IMG/VR virus record: IMGVR_UViG_3300022661_000051
Strand: one strand, 5' to 3'
From: a virus
Taxonomy: Duplodnaviria > Caudoviricetes
Length of the DNA stretch: 64,000 bases
How positions within the stretch are numbered: the stretch's first letter is position 1; each line of letters begins with the position of its first letter. Below, one piece after another: positions 10,473 through 20,429 of the stretch. The translations under genes were made by a program, and so were the position numbers. The notes below the pieces were generated by a model that worked only from the letters and a program-made list of their open reading frames with translations, made no database searches and was not told where the DNA came from.

Positions 10473-11666
10473 ATGTCAAAAGAAATTTTTCAATACAAAT
10501 TAGTGTTTCGTTATGTGGACTCTGAATCTAATGACGAAATTAATATAGATGCTGAACAGATTCAGTATATCGCAATAGATAAAAACTATGAAGAGACAAA
10601 TATGCCAGTTATTGCTATAATCGGATCTATAGAGAAGAACGTTCTGGACGAAATGATTTTAAATATAGATAAGAATATTGTCAATCTTGGTATATACAGA
10701 TATGACGTTTCAAACCAATCTGACGGTATTACTAAGAAGTATTTTCAGGATAGATTTATTTATATTATTCCAGATGATATATCTAAAACTGCAGAGATTG
10801 ACTATCCGAATGGTGAAGATAAACCTGGTCTTTATAAAGACGTAACTATATGGCTTCTTCCACAAGATGCCGTTAATAACAACAGAAGAGTTATCAATGG
10901 AGTGTTTAAGAACGCTTCTATGAACTCTTTGATATTGAATATGACTACTACATATTTAGGAAAGGTTCTCTTAGAACCGTTAAAATATGATAATAAATTC
11001 GATCAAGTGGTTATTCCTCCACAGGATTCTATATCGTCTTATATAGCGTTTCTGAATAATAACTTGTCAGTATTCTATGATACTGACTATAGATTCTTCA
11101 TCGACTTTGATATGACATATATATTATCGTCTGAAGGTAATATTGTTAAGAGTAAGAATCAAGATATATTTACGGTCGAGATTAATGTCAAAGATATAAT
11201 TGCTGACTCGGATGACGATCCTGGTATGTATGTCGATCAGACTAATAACAAGTATATTATGTATGTAAATTCATCGCAGGTTGAATATACAAAAAATAAT
11301 ATAAGTAACAAGATAGTAAATAAAGTTACCACCATAGATACATCTGGTAATGTACAAGAAAAGGTCTTAGCATCGAATCAGACAGGAATAACTAAGACTA
11401 TGAATCAAATCATTAATTTGGACAATGATGATAGTAATGCTATTAATACTATAGCGTCTAACATTGAATCTGGTAATATCAGAATATCTATTATCAAGAA
11501 TGATTTAGATGCGAGTATGTTTACGATAAATAAAGAATACATCATTAATGATCCATTACATTCTGAATATAATGGTAGATATCTGTTGGTATCTACAAAA
11601 CAATTTTTCGTAAAGCAATCCGAATACTTTGTTATGTCAACAGTGTTAAATTTCAAAAAGATATAA
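10473..11666 (+). CDS. putative baseplate hub-like virion protein
   Basis: Late promoter 10445. C-terminal NGRYLLVSTKQFF..MSTVLNF beta-pattern typical of hub/gpD-like proteins (inference). Confidence 0.4.
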   Translation: MSKEIFQYKLVFRYVDSESNDEINIDAEQIQYIAIDKNYEETNMPVIAIIGSIEKNVLDEMILNIDKNIVNLGIYRYDVSNQSDGITKKYFQDRFIYIIPDDISKTAEIDYPNGEDKPGLYKDVTIWLLPQDAVNNNRRVINGVFKNASMNSLILNMTTTYLGKVLLEPLKYDNKFDQVVIPPQDSISSYIAFLNNNLSVFYDTDYRFFIDFDMTYILSSEGNIVKSKNQDIFTVEINVKDIIADSDDDPGMYVDQTNNKYIMYVNSSQVEYTKNNISNKIVNKVTTIDTSGNVQEKVLASNQTGITKTMNQIINLDNDDSNAINTIASNIESGNIRISIIKNDLDASMFTINKEYIINDPLHSEYNGRYLLVSTKQFFVKQSEYFVMSTVLNFKKI

Positions 11667-11668
11667 AA

Positions 11669-11698
11669 AAGAAAGCCCCGAATGAACGGGGCTTTCTT
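11669..11698. terminator. bidirectional terminator between convergent genes
   Basis: AAGAAAGCCCCG-AATGAA-CGGGGCTTTCTT. Confidence 0.8.
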
Positions 11699-11701
11699 GT
11701 T

Positions 11702-12166
11702 TTACATGTAGGGATCTTCTTCCTTATCTCCAAAGAGACGGTCTATTATTTCTTGTTTAGATTCGTCTTTTTCGAATCCCATTTTTTCAGCAAGGGTTAC
11801 AACCGCTGAATTTATATTAGACAGTAATATACTTATACTGTCACTAATAATTATATCGTCTTGTGTAAGCGAATGTTCTTTTATAAACTCTCGAGAAACC
11901 GACATTGTTGGCGCTTTTGTTGAAGTTATTTTTATTGATCGCCCATTAATTTGTCTATTACGATATTCGTTTATTATTATATCGTCATTACAAGTACTTT
12001 CTATAGAGATAAGTGGGAATTTGATTTTAATATTTTCTATAGAAGATAATAAACGATTAAACGGATTAGTATTTATATCATTTCCAATTAAGATAAATAC
12101 TTTTTCATATTTAATGTCAGTTTTTGCCTCATTATTTCCTGTTATTATACGGAATATTCTTGCCAT
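11702..12166 (-). CDS. hypothetical protein
   Basis: GGAGGT RBS, 154 aa. Confidence 0.65.
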   Translation of the reverse strand: MARIFRIITGNNEAKTDIKYEKVFILIGNDINTNPFNRLLSSIENIKIKFPLISIESTCNDDIIINEYRNRQINGRSIKITSTKAPTMSVSREFIKEHSLTQDDIIISDSISILLSNINSAVVTLAEKMGFEKDESKQEIIDRLFGDKEEDPYM

Positions 12167-12289
12167 AAATATTTACCTCCTACTAATAGCCATTAGGCGT
12201 TATGATTGATTAACTAGATACTGTTAAAAAATATAGGCTAGGATTAGTCCTAGCCTATATTTTATTATACCACTGTTACCAAGTTCGCA

Positions 12290-12979
12290 TTAATATCTAC
12301 CGCTCTTTACCCAAATAGCAATTAACCATTTAAGAGGAGCGTTAGAATCCATTTCGCTTTCTCTCATTTTAGAGAGTCGGCTTTCGAGTTCTTTTATTTC
12401 TTCATCGCCTAAATGTTTTACATTCATTGGCGTGCGACATACAGGACAGCTTTTCTTTATATAACTCGCATTTATTAACGAGCCACAATGCTGACATTCG
12501 ATTTTTCTCTGCTTTTCCTGTTCAGTAAAATACGCTTTCTTTTCGTCAATTTCTTTTGCAAGGTTATTGTACTCTTCTGAAAATACAGTATTATGAAGGT
12601 CCTTAAATCTTATTGCGTAATACCCTAACTCTTTACGATCATTAACGACATGCCTATAGTCGAACCTCATATTAAGAATCAAACAATCTTTTGCGTTGAA
12701 CTGCGACCAAAAAGCATCTCTTTCATCGTCGAAACTACCAACGTAATTAGTAAAGCTTTTCTCCCTACAGCTTCTATATTCTTCATCGAAGAATTCAATT
12801 TGACGAGCTTCAAAAAAATTTCTGAATATTCTTTCTTTAGCGCGTTTATTATTTTGCTCGTCAATATATTCTTCGACAGCAGTTTGGATTTCTTCTCTTG
12901 TTGCAGAGCAAGGCGCTTCTAAGAAGCAAACATTAATACCCATAGTTTCTTCTGTCTGTGAAGTAAATTCCTTTATCAT
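12290..12979 (-). CDS. zinc-finger protein
   Basis: CQHC...CPVC motif, RBS present. Confidence 0.6.
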   Translation of the reverse strand: MIKEFTSQTEETMGINVCFLEAPCSATREEIQTAVEEYIDEQNNKRAKERIFRNFFEARQIEFFDEEYRSCREKSFTNYVGSFDDERDAFWSQFNAKDCLILNMRFDYRHVVNDRKELGYYAIRFKDLHNTVFSEEYNNLAKEIDEKKAYFTEQEKQRKIECQHCGSLINASYIKKSCPVCRTPMNVKHLGDEEIKELESRLSKMRESEMDSNAPLKWLIAIWVKSGRY

Positions 12980-13076
12980 AATAACCTCTCCTCTTCGACT
13001 AGATAAATCTTATCAGAATTACAGCAAAGCGTGTCTACATTAAAGAATCAGGAAATTTTGCATAGTATGTATACCA

Positions 13077-13343
13077 TTAAACATTACTCATCCCTGTTAT
13101 TTCTTGTATAACTTTACTGATCTTGCTATAACAAGAATCGCAGAGCTGGAGCTTGACGCTTCCAGCTGCTGCCTTTATGAACGGCTTATCCTTCGTTGTT
13201 TCCAGCATTGGCTGGATTAAAGGAAAAGTCTCTACTTGATGAAAATTATATTTCACCGAAGTTTGAGGGGTACATATAACCTGCTGCTGAAAATTACAGC
13301 CGTCGCATTTTAATACTCCCTTATATGTGTTTTCAGTGAACAT
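13077..13343 (-). CDS. small zinc-binding protein
   Basis: CDGC...CDSC, GAGGTG RBS. Confidence 0.55.
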   Translation of the reverse strand: MFTENTYKGVLKCDGCNFQQQVICTPQTSVKYNFHQVETFPLIQPMLETTKDKPFIKAAAGSVKLQLCDSCYSKISKVIQEITGMSNV

Positions 13344-13354
13344 ATTATCACCTC

Positions 13355-14590
13355 TTACTTTTTATTAATATCATGAAGTTTAGACATTTCTGACGAGAGC
13401 TTTCCGATAATCTCGATCACATTTGAAAGGATATCATCGACTGATTTTTTAGGTTCTTTGTTAGATTTAGTAGCAGTAGTGGTTTCTTCGCTACAACACT
13501 TAGGGCAGTTGCTGCAATCACCATCACAACGATTGTCATCATCAGAAACTGGAACGTCTCCTCTCAGCTCAGGCTCAGAGCACTTTTCGGATTTTCTTTC
13601 TTCTTCGCCTTTCTTAATAGCCTCAAGAGATTCCTGATTAAGTCTTTCTATTGCTTCATCGGCACTCATGAGCATATCAGAAACGATTTCATCGAAATCC
13701 GGCTCGTTATTTACAACAACAGTCACTGGAACTGTTGATGGAACATAAACCTTTCCATCGCAGAAGAACTTGCAGTAATTGTTACTACCATCGGTCATAT
13801 AACTGAATACTTCTTCTGTTCCTGCAAGACCGAAACTATTTTCGACAACGATATACATATTGTTATTCTGCTTAGATCTAGGCAGATAATTATACACATA
13901 TGTCTGTCCGTATCTTTCCATAAACATTTCAAAAAGATCGGACTCGTCCTTACTCTTTATGTCAAGAGAGGATGATGTATTCATTAATAAATCGAATACT
14001 CTTGACATATTTCTAAGGCTGTTTATATTGCGAATCACATTACAAATCGCAATATCATCAGCGATTCCCATAATAAGAAGCTGAATAGGAGTTAATTTAT
14101 TTGTCGAAGTTATTTCCTTTATTACTGTATTCGACTTATTATCTATACAGTAGATGTCACAGCTTTTTGTTGAGCTACAGATTATAACCTTTACCAGATC
14201 AGAAAGTTCTGATGTGTTTGTATATCTGAACTGAGGGTAAGTTATTGCATCATTGATATCGTCTTCGACATCATAGTTTTGAATAGCTTGGCCTACTCTA
14301 TAAACTCTAGGTACCGCTGCGTATGCCATTTTTGGCTGTGCCATTTTTGGATCCTGTATATCGTATATGATAATTGCAAGCTCTGTTCTGATGAATTCTC
14401 TGATTCTATCGAGTTCGCTACTACTCATCATATCCGAGTCGCAGCTGCAACAGATAATATTATTTTTTGAATTTATCGTGAGTTCACAATAGAACTCGAT
14501 CGCTTCCTTATTGTTTCTCTTATCGAGAATCTCTTTCTGTACATCAAATGAAGTCTTTCCGTAAATTGTAGTATTGTTGTTCATGTTCAT
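13355..14590 (-). CDS. hypothetical protein
   Basis: 411 aa, GGAGG RBS, Cys cluster CDGDCSNCPKCC near the C-terminus. Confidence 0.7.
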   Translation of the reverse strand: MNMNNNTTIYGKTSFDVQKEILDKRNNKEAIEFYCELTINSKNNIICCSCDSDMMSSSELDRIREFIRTELAIIIYDIQDPKMAQPKMAYAAVPRVYRVGQAIQNYDVEDDINDAITYPQFRYTNTSELSDLVKVIICSSTKSCDIYCIDNKSNTVIKEITSTNKLTPIQLLIMGIADDIAICNVIRNINSLRNMSRVFDLLMNTSSSLDIKSKDESDLFEMFMERYGQTYVYNYLPRSKQNNNMYIVVENSFGLAGTEEVFSYMTDGSNNYCKFFCDGKVYVPSTVPVTVVVNNEPDFDEIVSDMLMSADEAIERLNQESLEAIKKGEEERKSEKCSEPELRGDVPVSDDDNRCDGDCSNCPKCCSEETTTATKSNKEPKKSVDDILSNVIEIIGKLSSEMSKLHDINKK

Positions 14591-14625
14591 ATATCTTTAC
14601 CTCCTGAAAATTAGACCCAGGGCCA

Positions 14626-15771
14626 TTAAAGCCCTGGGTTATCGTATAATCTTATTATATCAATCGGATTCTTGACATAATATTTGTCATTGATTTCCTG
14701 TAATCCGACAGGATCGATCTTGGAGTAGAACCAAGACATATCTGATGCTTCAGGATATGCCTGATACAGATTTGTCATCTTGACTAGATCTACTCTAGAA
14801 TATCTATAAGAGAGATTCAAAGTATAACCATTCTCATACTCGGAATGTTTACTAAGAATCTTCTTCTTTGTTAACGGCATAAGAACATTATCGATAGCTT
14901 CGGGAGTGTTATACGCCGGAAGAATTAATCTATCTTCTAAAAGCTTTGTTAATATCTTAACTGCATCTTTAGAAGAGTAATAAGAATATAATGCTCTTTC
15001 TTTAAATGATGTAAGAGCAATGTATAATGAAAGAAGTTCAGGTGGTAAATTCACGTTCTGAGCTTCTTTGATATGATTTACGTATGATCTCCAATGAAAC
15101 CATACGTTATTTCGTTCTACGCAAAACGAGGCATCCATATCGTTCGTTTTGCGTGGTCTGAAGACGAACGAATTTGGATGAATTGTAGGAATTTGCCAAG
15201 AAAGCAAATCCTTTGTTATTATTATATTAGGACAGTTATTATTACCGTATCGATTCAGTAGATTGTTAATCATTACTGACGGGATAACATGTCCTGATAT
15301 AAAATATAACCTGGAGAAATATGGGACTAGAAGTTTAAGTAGAGAAATGTTCTTCTCTATTTCTTCATCCCTTGGTTTACATGGAATCTTGTCCGATCCC
15401 ATTTTTTGAATAAGACCATCGTTAAGCACTCTCATATCTTGTACTAATTCGATGGACTCGTCAGAGTGAATGATGTGTATATTTGTTATTACACCATGTC
15501 TACTCCAATAGTATGCTCTAAAATGAGCACACATATTAAGAACTGCTGCTGAAAGGAGCAAGTCATCTCCCCATACAGTTCTTTTATATAATGGTCGCAA
15601 TATAGTAGCCATATCAATAAACAGATTGATCTCTGTTGAATTTGCATATGGACTATTTGCGAATTGATTTAAAGTAATCTCTTTAAGCTTGTCGTACTTA
15701 ATAAAATTACTATAGATAAAGTATTCCAACGGAATACTATTTATCTTTGAATCCATGTTATTGTTAAACAT
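14626..15771 (-). CDS. PIN/FEN-like (5'-3' exonuclease fold) protein, possibly degenerate
   Basis: NLFID and NIIITKD motifs at FEN-like positions; adjacent to the SSB gene. Confidence 0.35.
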   Translation of the reverse strand: MFNNNMDSKINSIPLEYFIYSNFIKYDKLKEITLNQFANSPYANSTEINLFIDMATILRPLYKRTVWGDDLLLSAAVLNMCAHFRAYYWSRHGVITNIHIIHSDESIELVQDMRVLNDGLIQKMGSDKIPCKPRDEEIEKNISLLKLLVPYFSRLYFISGHVIPSVMINNLLNRYGNNNCPNIIITKDLLSWQIPTIHPNSFVFRPRKTNDMDASFCVERNNVWFHWRSYVNHIKEAQNVNLPPELLSLYIALTSFKERALYSYYSSKDAVKILTKLLEDRLILPAYNTPEAIDNVLMPLTKKKILSKHSEYENGYTLNLSYRYSRVDLVKMTNLYQAYPEASDMSWFYSKIDPVGLQEINDKYYVKNPIDIIRLYDNPGL

Positions 15772-15782
15772 GGTTATCCCTC

Positions 15783-16184
15783 CTATCCTAACAACTCGTT
15801 CGGATCATAGTAATCATCTTCACAAGTTCCTGCGGATTCGTCGAAGAATTCATCGTCTTCTCCGAGTATGGAGTTGAGACTTTTTCTGAAATCGTCCCTT
15901 GATGATATTTCCTTAAGAAGTTCTTTAGTATTTCCATGTCCGGAAGCTATAAGAATTCTGGCAAGTTCACCTGGTCCTTCTTCAGTTAAGAAAGTCATTC
16001 CTTTAGCAGCTTGTTCGCTACCATCCGGATTAACTCTCCATCGTCTTAATTCTAATCGAGCCGTGGGGTTGTCCCCCCAACGAATCTTTCGAAAAGCATT
16101 AAATTGATTTCCTTCTTCTTCAAAAGGAAAGTCGACTCCGTCGACAACTTCAAATTTAATGACAGGGTTAACTTTCTTTTCCAT
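15783..16184 (-). CDS. PC4/YdbC-family ssDNA-binding protein
   Basis: KIRWG..RLELRRW..KGMTFLTEE pattern and acidic C-terminal tail. Confidence 0.7.
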   Translation of the reverse strand: MEKKVNPVIKFEVVDGVDFPFEEEGNQFNAFRKIRWGDNPTARLELRRWRVNPDGSEQAAKGMTFLTEEGPGELARILIASGHGNTKELLKEISSRDDFRKSLNSILGEDDEFFDESAGTCEDDYYDPNELLG

Positions 16185-16196
16185 AGTAACCCTCCT

Positions 16197-16478
16197 TTAC
16201 ATGAAGATATCTTCGCTAATCAGCTCAGGAAATACTGTATTTCTTATAAGCTGTTTAGCTTTTCTTGCGATCTTCTTAGCCTCGATACGATCGACGAATC
16301 TACCTTTCGAAGTTATAAACCCTTCAAGAATAGAATCTTTATTTTGATCAGGATCGATACCAAGAGCAAGACATTTATTAAAGCAATTAAAATGTCTTTT
16401 GCCCTGCACGATAATATACGATTCAGAAATCCTTATCTTCATTGCAGAGCAAAGAATTTTTTCTTTGAATATATTCAT
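16197..16478 (-). CDS. conserved-type small phage protein
   Basis: GKRH..EGFITSKGRFVDRIEA..LISED. Start reassigned to the ATG after GGAGG. Confidence 0.65.
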   Translation of the reverse strand: MNIFKEKILCSAMKIRISESYIIVQGKRHFNCFNKCLALGIDPDQNKDSILEGFITSKGRFVDRIEAKKIARKAKQLIRNTVFPELISEDIFM

Positions 16479-16548
16479 TTTATATTCAAACCTCCCTGAC
16501 AAAAATTAAAGTGGGGCATATAATTGCCCCACCTTATTTTTTATCTGA

Positions 16549-17592
16549 TCACTGCTGGTAATTCTCAGGCATGCAGTAATCAAATACGGTATTTGTGGTC
16601 GGCGAGAGTGCAACTACTGCACCTGCAGTGTTAGCGAACTCTCTGATTGCATTCGTATCAACGCGATTGATACGAACAACGAATTCAGCTCCAGCACAAG
16701 CAGTTGCATAATAGCACTCATATGAGTAACCCTTTCTCTGCTTGTAACCTTCTGAAGCTTCTGTTCCGTTAAAAATGTCCTTCACGAGCTTGTTAAGGTC
16801 GATATAGACATTCATGAAGCAGTTCTCGATTCTGCGTCCGGTTGCTGCTTCCTGGTTAACACATCTCACATCATGTGAGATGATACCCCAATCGATCTTG
16901 TTGATTGGAGTGTAAGCGTACTTACTAAGAGCTTCTTTAGCTTCGTTAGTAAATACTACAAAGCCGCTATTGCCGCCGGCAGCGTTCATATTACCGTTTG
17001 CAATATTAAGCTTGTTGATCTCTTCAAAGACGCTGTTTGAATTGTTGGCCTTACTGATAATGTGGTCAAGCGCAACAATCTTGTCCTTAAAGCCGTCTAC
17101 GGCTCTAATTTCAGAATTTGTCATATATCTGAAACGGAGCCAACAACCAACCTGATGGCGCTTTGCAGGTACACGATACTTATCAGCATATGCCTTCTCG
17201 ATTCCATTTGTTGAAACTTCGATTCTACAATCTACGAAGTCAACAAAAAGGGAGTTGAACATTTCGTTGATCAGAGTAGCAAGATGGCCCTGGCGAAAAA
17301 GCATATCGCCGGTCATCGTTGTAAATCTCTGAGGTTCCGTAACCTCGATAGTTGTTTTTGAATTTGTAGCCGCAGTATTATCTGCAGACTTTTCAGTTGA
17401 AGTTTCTTTATTTTCTTCAACTTCACATTCACAAGTTGCTGCGATTTCAGCAACTGTTCTTGTTGAAGATACTTCGCCGTTTTCCTCAACAATGTTATTA
17501 CCGGTTTCAGTTATTGTTGCAATTGAAGCCTTCATTGACTTCGCAAATTCGCCGATGTTTGTACCATCGTACACAATTTTTTCCTTTGCCAT
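16549..17592 (-). CDS. probably abundant early protein, function unknown
   Basis: Own early promoter (17659-17676), AGGAGG RBS, own terminator near 16510-16533, codon choice like that of the head proteins. Confidence 0.7.
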   Translation of the reverse strand: MAKEKIVYDGTNIGEFAKSMKASIATITETGNNIVEENGEVSSTRTVAEIAATCECEVEENKETSTEKSADNTAATNSKTTIEVTEPQRFTTMTGDMLFRQGHLATLINEMFNSLFVDFVDCRIEVSTNGIEKAYADKYRVPAKRHQVGCWLRFRYMTNSEIRAVDGFKDKIVALDHIISKANNSNSVFEEINKLNIANGNMNAAGGNSGFVVFTNEAKEALSKYAYTPINKIDWGIISHDVRCVNQEAATGRRIENCFMNVYIDLNKLVKDIFNGTEASEGYKQRKGYSYECYYATACAGAEFVVRINRVDTNAIREFANTAGAVVALSPTTNTVFDYCMPENYQQ

Positions 17593-17681
17593 TTTAGAAA
17601 TCCTCCTGTTAGTTAAATATTTTTATTTAGAGAAGAAGTTATTTCTTCGTCTCTATTACACTTATATAGTATACAAGTGTT

Positions 17682-18662
17682 TTACTTTTTACCAAGCATA
17701 AAATCTACGACTTCCCTAGTCTCCGTATCAGTATCATAGTTTATGAGCGTAAGAGATGGTCCAGTCACGTAGAGCATTATATATGTGGTATCATCTGCAC
17801 GAGAAGTTAAGAATATATAATCCAACTTGACCAATGAAAGATCAATTGTTCGATCGTATTCATATAACTCGTATCGTGTAATAACATTCGTTATATTCGA
17901 ATGTTCATATATAGTCGTAAGAATACTTTCCGATAAAGAAGGATTTACTGGTTCTTCTTTATCATCAGGAATCGCGTAGTCTTTTAACGACTCTTCGATC
18001 AAAACACACTTCTCGTTGTTAGCGAGAAATATGTTATTATAAAGAATATTAGTCAGATCCTCGATCATATTGAACAATGTCTGTTTGAAATTGTACTGAT
18101 ATTTTTCGGGGATCTGTTCGAAACCTGTAACCTTGTCTATTTCTCCAACGATAAACAATGAAAGGAGATGTTTAATAAGGTAGAAAGGCTCGAAACGATG
18201 TATGTTAATAATGAAGGTTATTGGAGAGATAGAAAGCTCTTCTCCTTCATTAATAGCCATATAATCTTTCGAAACTATTGTCTCGAAATACACCGGAGCG
18301 TTACGAGTATCGAACGCTCTTATATTACAACACAATCTGTTATCCGATTTGGATTTTGTGACTGTGATATATATGTCCTGTTCATGAGAAATATCTTTCG
18401 TTACTCCTTTTACTGTAACGAATCTATACTCATTTTTTATATAGTAATCGTTGAATGGAATTTGTACTTGTCTTTGAACAAGTTCATCATTTTCATTTTT
18501 ATTAAGTTCAACGCATTTAAGTATTTTCTGTTTTGTTGAGCTTAAATACTTTGAAACGATGTAGAACAATCTATAGTTCTCATCGTCTATAAATTTATAT
18601 AAACACATACCAGTATTTATATCTTCATACTTGATCTTTGACGATTGTCGTTGTGATTTCAT
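17682..18662 (-). CDS. hypothetical early protein
   Basis: Early promoter 18688-18705, AAGGAG RBS. Confidence 0.65.
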   Translation of the reverse strand: MKSQRQSSKIKYEDINTGMCLYKFIDDENYRLFYIVSKYLSSTKQKILKCVELNKNENDELVQRQVQIPFNDYYIKNEYRFVTVKGVTKDISHEQDIYITVTKSKSDNRLCCNIRAFDTRNAPVYFETIVSKDYMAINEGEELSISPITFIINIHRFEPFYLIKHLLSLFIVGEIDKVTGFEQIPEKYQYNFKQTLFNMIEDLTNILYNNIFLANNEKCVLIEESLKDYAIPDDKEEPVNPSLSESILTTIYEHSNITNVITRYELYEYDRTIDLSLVKLDYIFLTSRADDTTYIMLYVTGPSLTLINYDTDTETREVVDFMLGKK

Positions 18663-18710
18663 TTAAAACACTCCTTATTATAAGTATCGCTTTTATAATA
18701 TACAAGCGTT

Positions 18711-19259
18711 TTAAGATTTATAATGATAATCTTTTCCGAGCTGATCTTCGGTCAGATTGAACTTGGAAGTTGTAGGATCGAGCTGTCCCTGATATCTTCC
18801 TCTGTACAGAAAGTCTACATCTCCTTCAGGAGCAGTAAAATGCACCTGAGCAATAAGCATATCTGGATATATCTTAACAGGTTCGATGACGAAAATTTCC
18901 AAAGTGTATGTTCCTTTGAAGCCGACGTCTCCAAATCCTGCTGTAGCGTGAATAGATAATCCAAGACGACCAACTGAACTTCTACCGTCAATACTTGATA
19001 TGAAGTGATCGCTACTGATTATCTCCTGTGTAGCTCCTATGTATAATTTTCCAGGAAGAAGGATCAAACCCTCTTCAGGAATCTCGATTGTTTCAAATTT
19101 GAGGTCTTTGCGGGAATCCAGAACAATTTCATTATATACCTTAAGTTTGTTTGCGAGTTTTACGTTATATGAATTAGGATTGAGCTGGTCAATATTAAAT
19201 GGATGTATTCCAAGACGACCAGCTTCTCTTTCTTTAAGAATCTGCGAAGCTGTCAACAT
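18711..19259 (-). CDS. dcd: dCTP deaminase (dUTPase-like superfamily)
   Basis: NPNSY, GRSSVGRLGL, AGFGDVGFKGTYTLE, IAQ and YRGRYQGQ motifs. Confidence 0.9.
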   Translation of the reverse strand: MLTASQILKEREAGRLGIHPFNIDQLNPNSYNVKLANKLKVYNEIVLDSRKDLKFETIEIPEEGLILLPGKLYIGATQEIISSDHFISSIDGRSSVGRLGLSIHATAGFGDVGFKGTYTLEIFVIEPVKIYPDMLIAQVHFTAPEGDVDFLYRGRYQGQLDPTTSKFNLTEDQLGKDYHYKS

Positions 19260-19396
19260 AATTAATTCCTCCTATATAGGTATGATTAGATTATATTATA
19301 GTTATTCATGTAATAAAATATTACTCAAACATTAATTCAATTGTATATTATAATGGTGAATAACATAAACCAATAATCTTTTTGGAGGTTGATATA

Positions 19397-20344
19397 ATGG
19401 ATAAAAAAGTAATCAAGGTGCACAAGCACAGACAGCTCTATAGCTATGATGTAGCTATAGATAAAGAGAGTTCAGAAGTATATACTGATCTCATTGCAGC
19501 AGTAAACAAATTCTATGAACTCTCAGAAAAGAAATTCCGTGAGTTCGTAGTAACTTACACCTATGGCGGAGCTCCTATAGGGGCTATGACTATAAGTAAA
19601 AATTATCAGACGTTCTTCAATCCTGAAATTGAGAAGAACAAATTCAACGGTACTGTCGATATTATCGGCAATGCCTGGTTTGTTCAAAAAGAACGAGAGC
19701 AGCCGGAAGATCCGACACCGAAAGAGGATGAGATCTTAGCTCATCTTCAAAAGAATGAAAGTGTCTATTTCGATAGATACAAAGAGCAGTTGAAAGACGG
19801 CAAATGGGATAAGTCATTTATCGATAAAAATGATCTTAAGGAATTTCAGGACGCTGAATGGAGAAAAATCATGAAGGCTGACGATCTGTTACCTAAGGAT
19901 CAAAAGTTGCCAATGACAACTAAAAACAAAATGTTGAACACGGCAACAAAAAACTTCATAGCAGAAAAAGCCACTGCTATGGGTGTTCACGAAGCTTGGT
20001 TTATTAATACGATAAGTGATGATGTAATAAAATCGCATATCGTGAAAATAAAACAGTCAGAGGTATCTGCAATGTACGGTCAGAAGTTCAGATACGTAGC
20101 AGATCCAGTAGCTCTGCAGAAAAAGAGAACTCAGCGTGCTTATAAGCTGAGCAGTAGATCTGTAGACGATGGATACTTAGCAAATAGACCGTATGATGAG
20201 TCTAAAGTCGACATCGTCAGATGTACCGAAAAAGCAATTCGCTATTTCGATATGATTGGCGAAAAGAAAAGAAACCGTCTGATCTCAACAAGAGATAATA
20301 TTGGGTTTAAGTATTATACATATAAACCCGCAGGACGGTATTAA
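19397..20344 (+). CDS. hypothetical early protein (stand-alone unit)
   Basis: Early promoter 19341-19358, GGAGG RBS, terminator near 20401-20420. Confidence 0.7.
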   Translation: MDKKVIKVHKHRQLYSYDVAIDKESSEVYTDLIAAVNKFYELSEKKFREFVVTYTYGGAPIGAMTISKNYQTFFNPEIEKNKFNGTVDIIGNAWFVQKEREQPEDPTPKEDEILAHLQKNESVYFDRYKEQLKDGKWDKSFIDKNDLKEFQDAEWRKIMKADDLLPKDQKLPMTTKNKMLNTATKNFIAEKATAMGVHEAWFINTISDDVIKSHIVKIKQSEVSAMYGQKFRYVADPVALQKKRTQRAYKLSSRSVDDGYLANRPYDESKVDIVRCTEKAIRYFDMIGEKKRNRLISTRDNIGFKYYTYKPAGRY

Positions 20345-20429
20345 TCATGAGAATCTTCTCGACGATTATGATGACAAAAAAGTCGAGAATGAATAAAAGA
20401 GGGAGGTCAAAGACCTCCCTTATTTTTTA

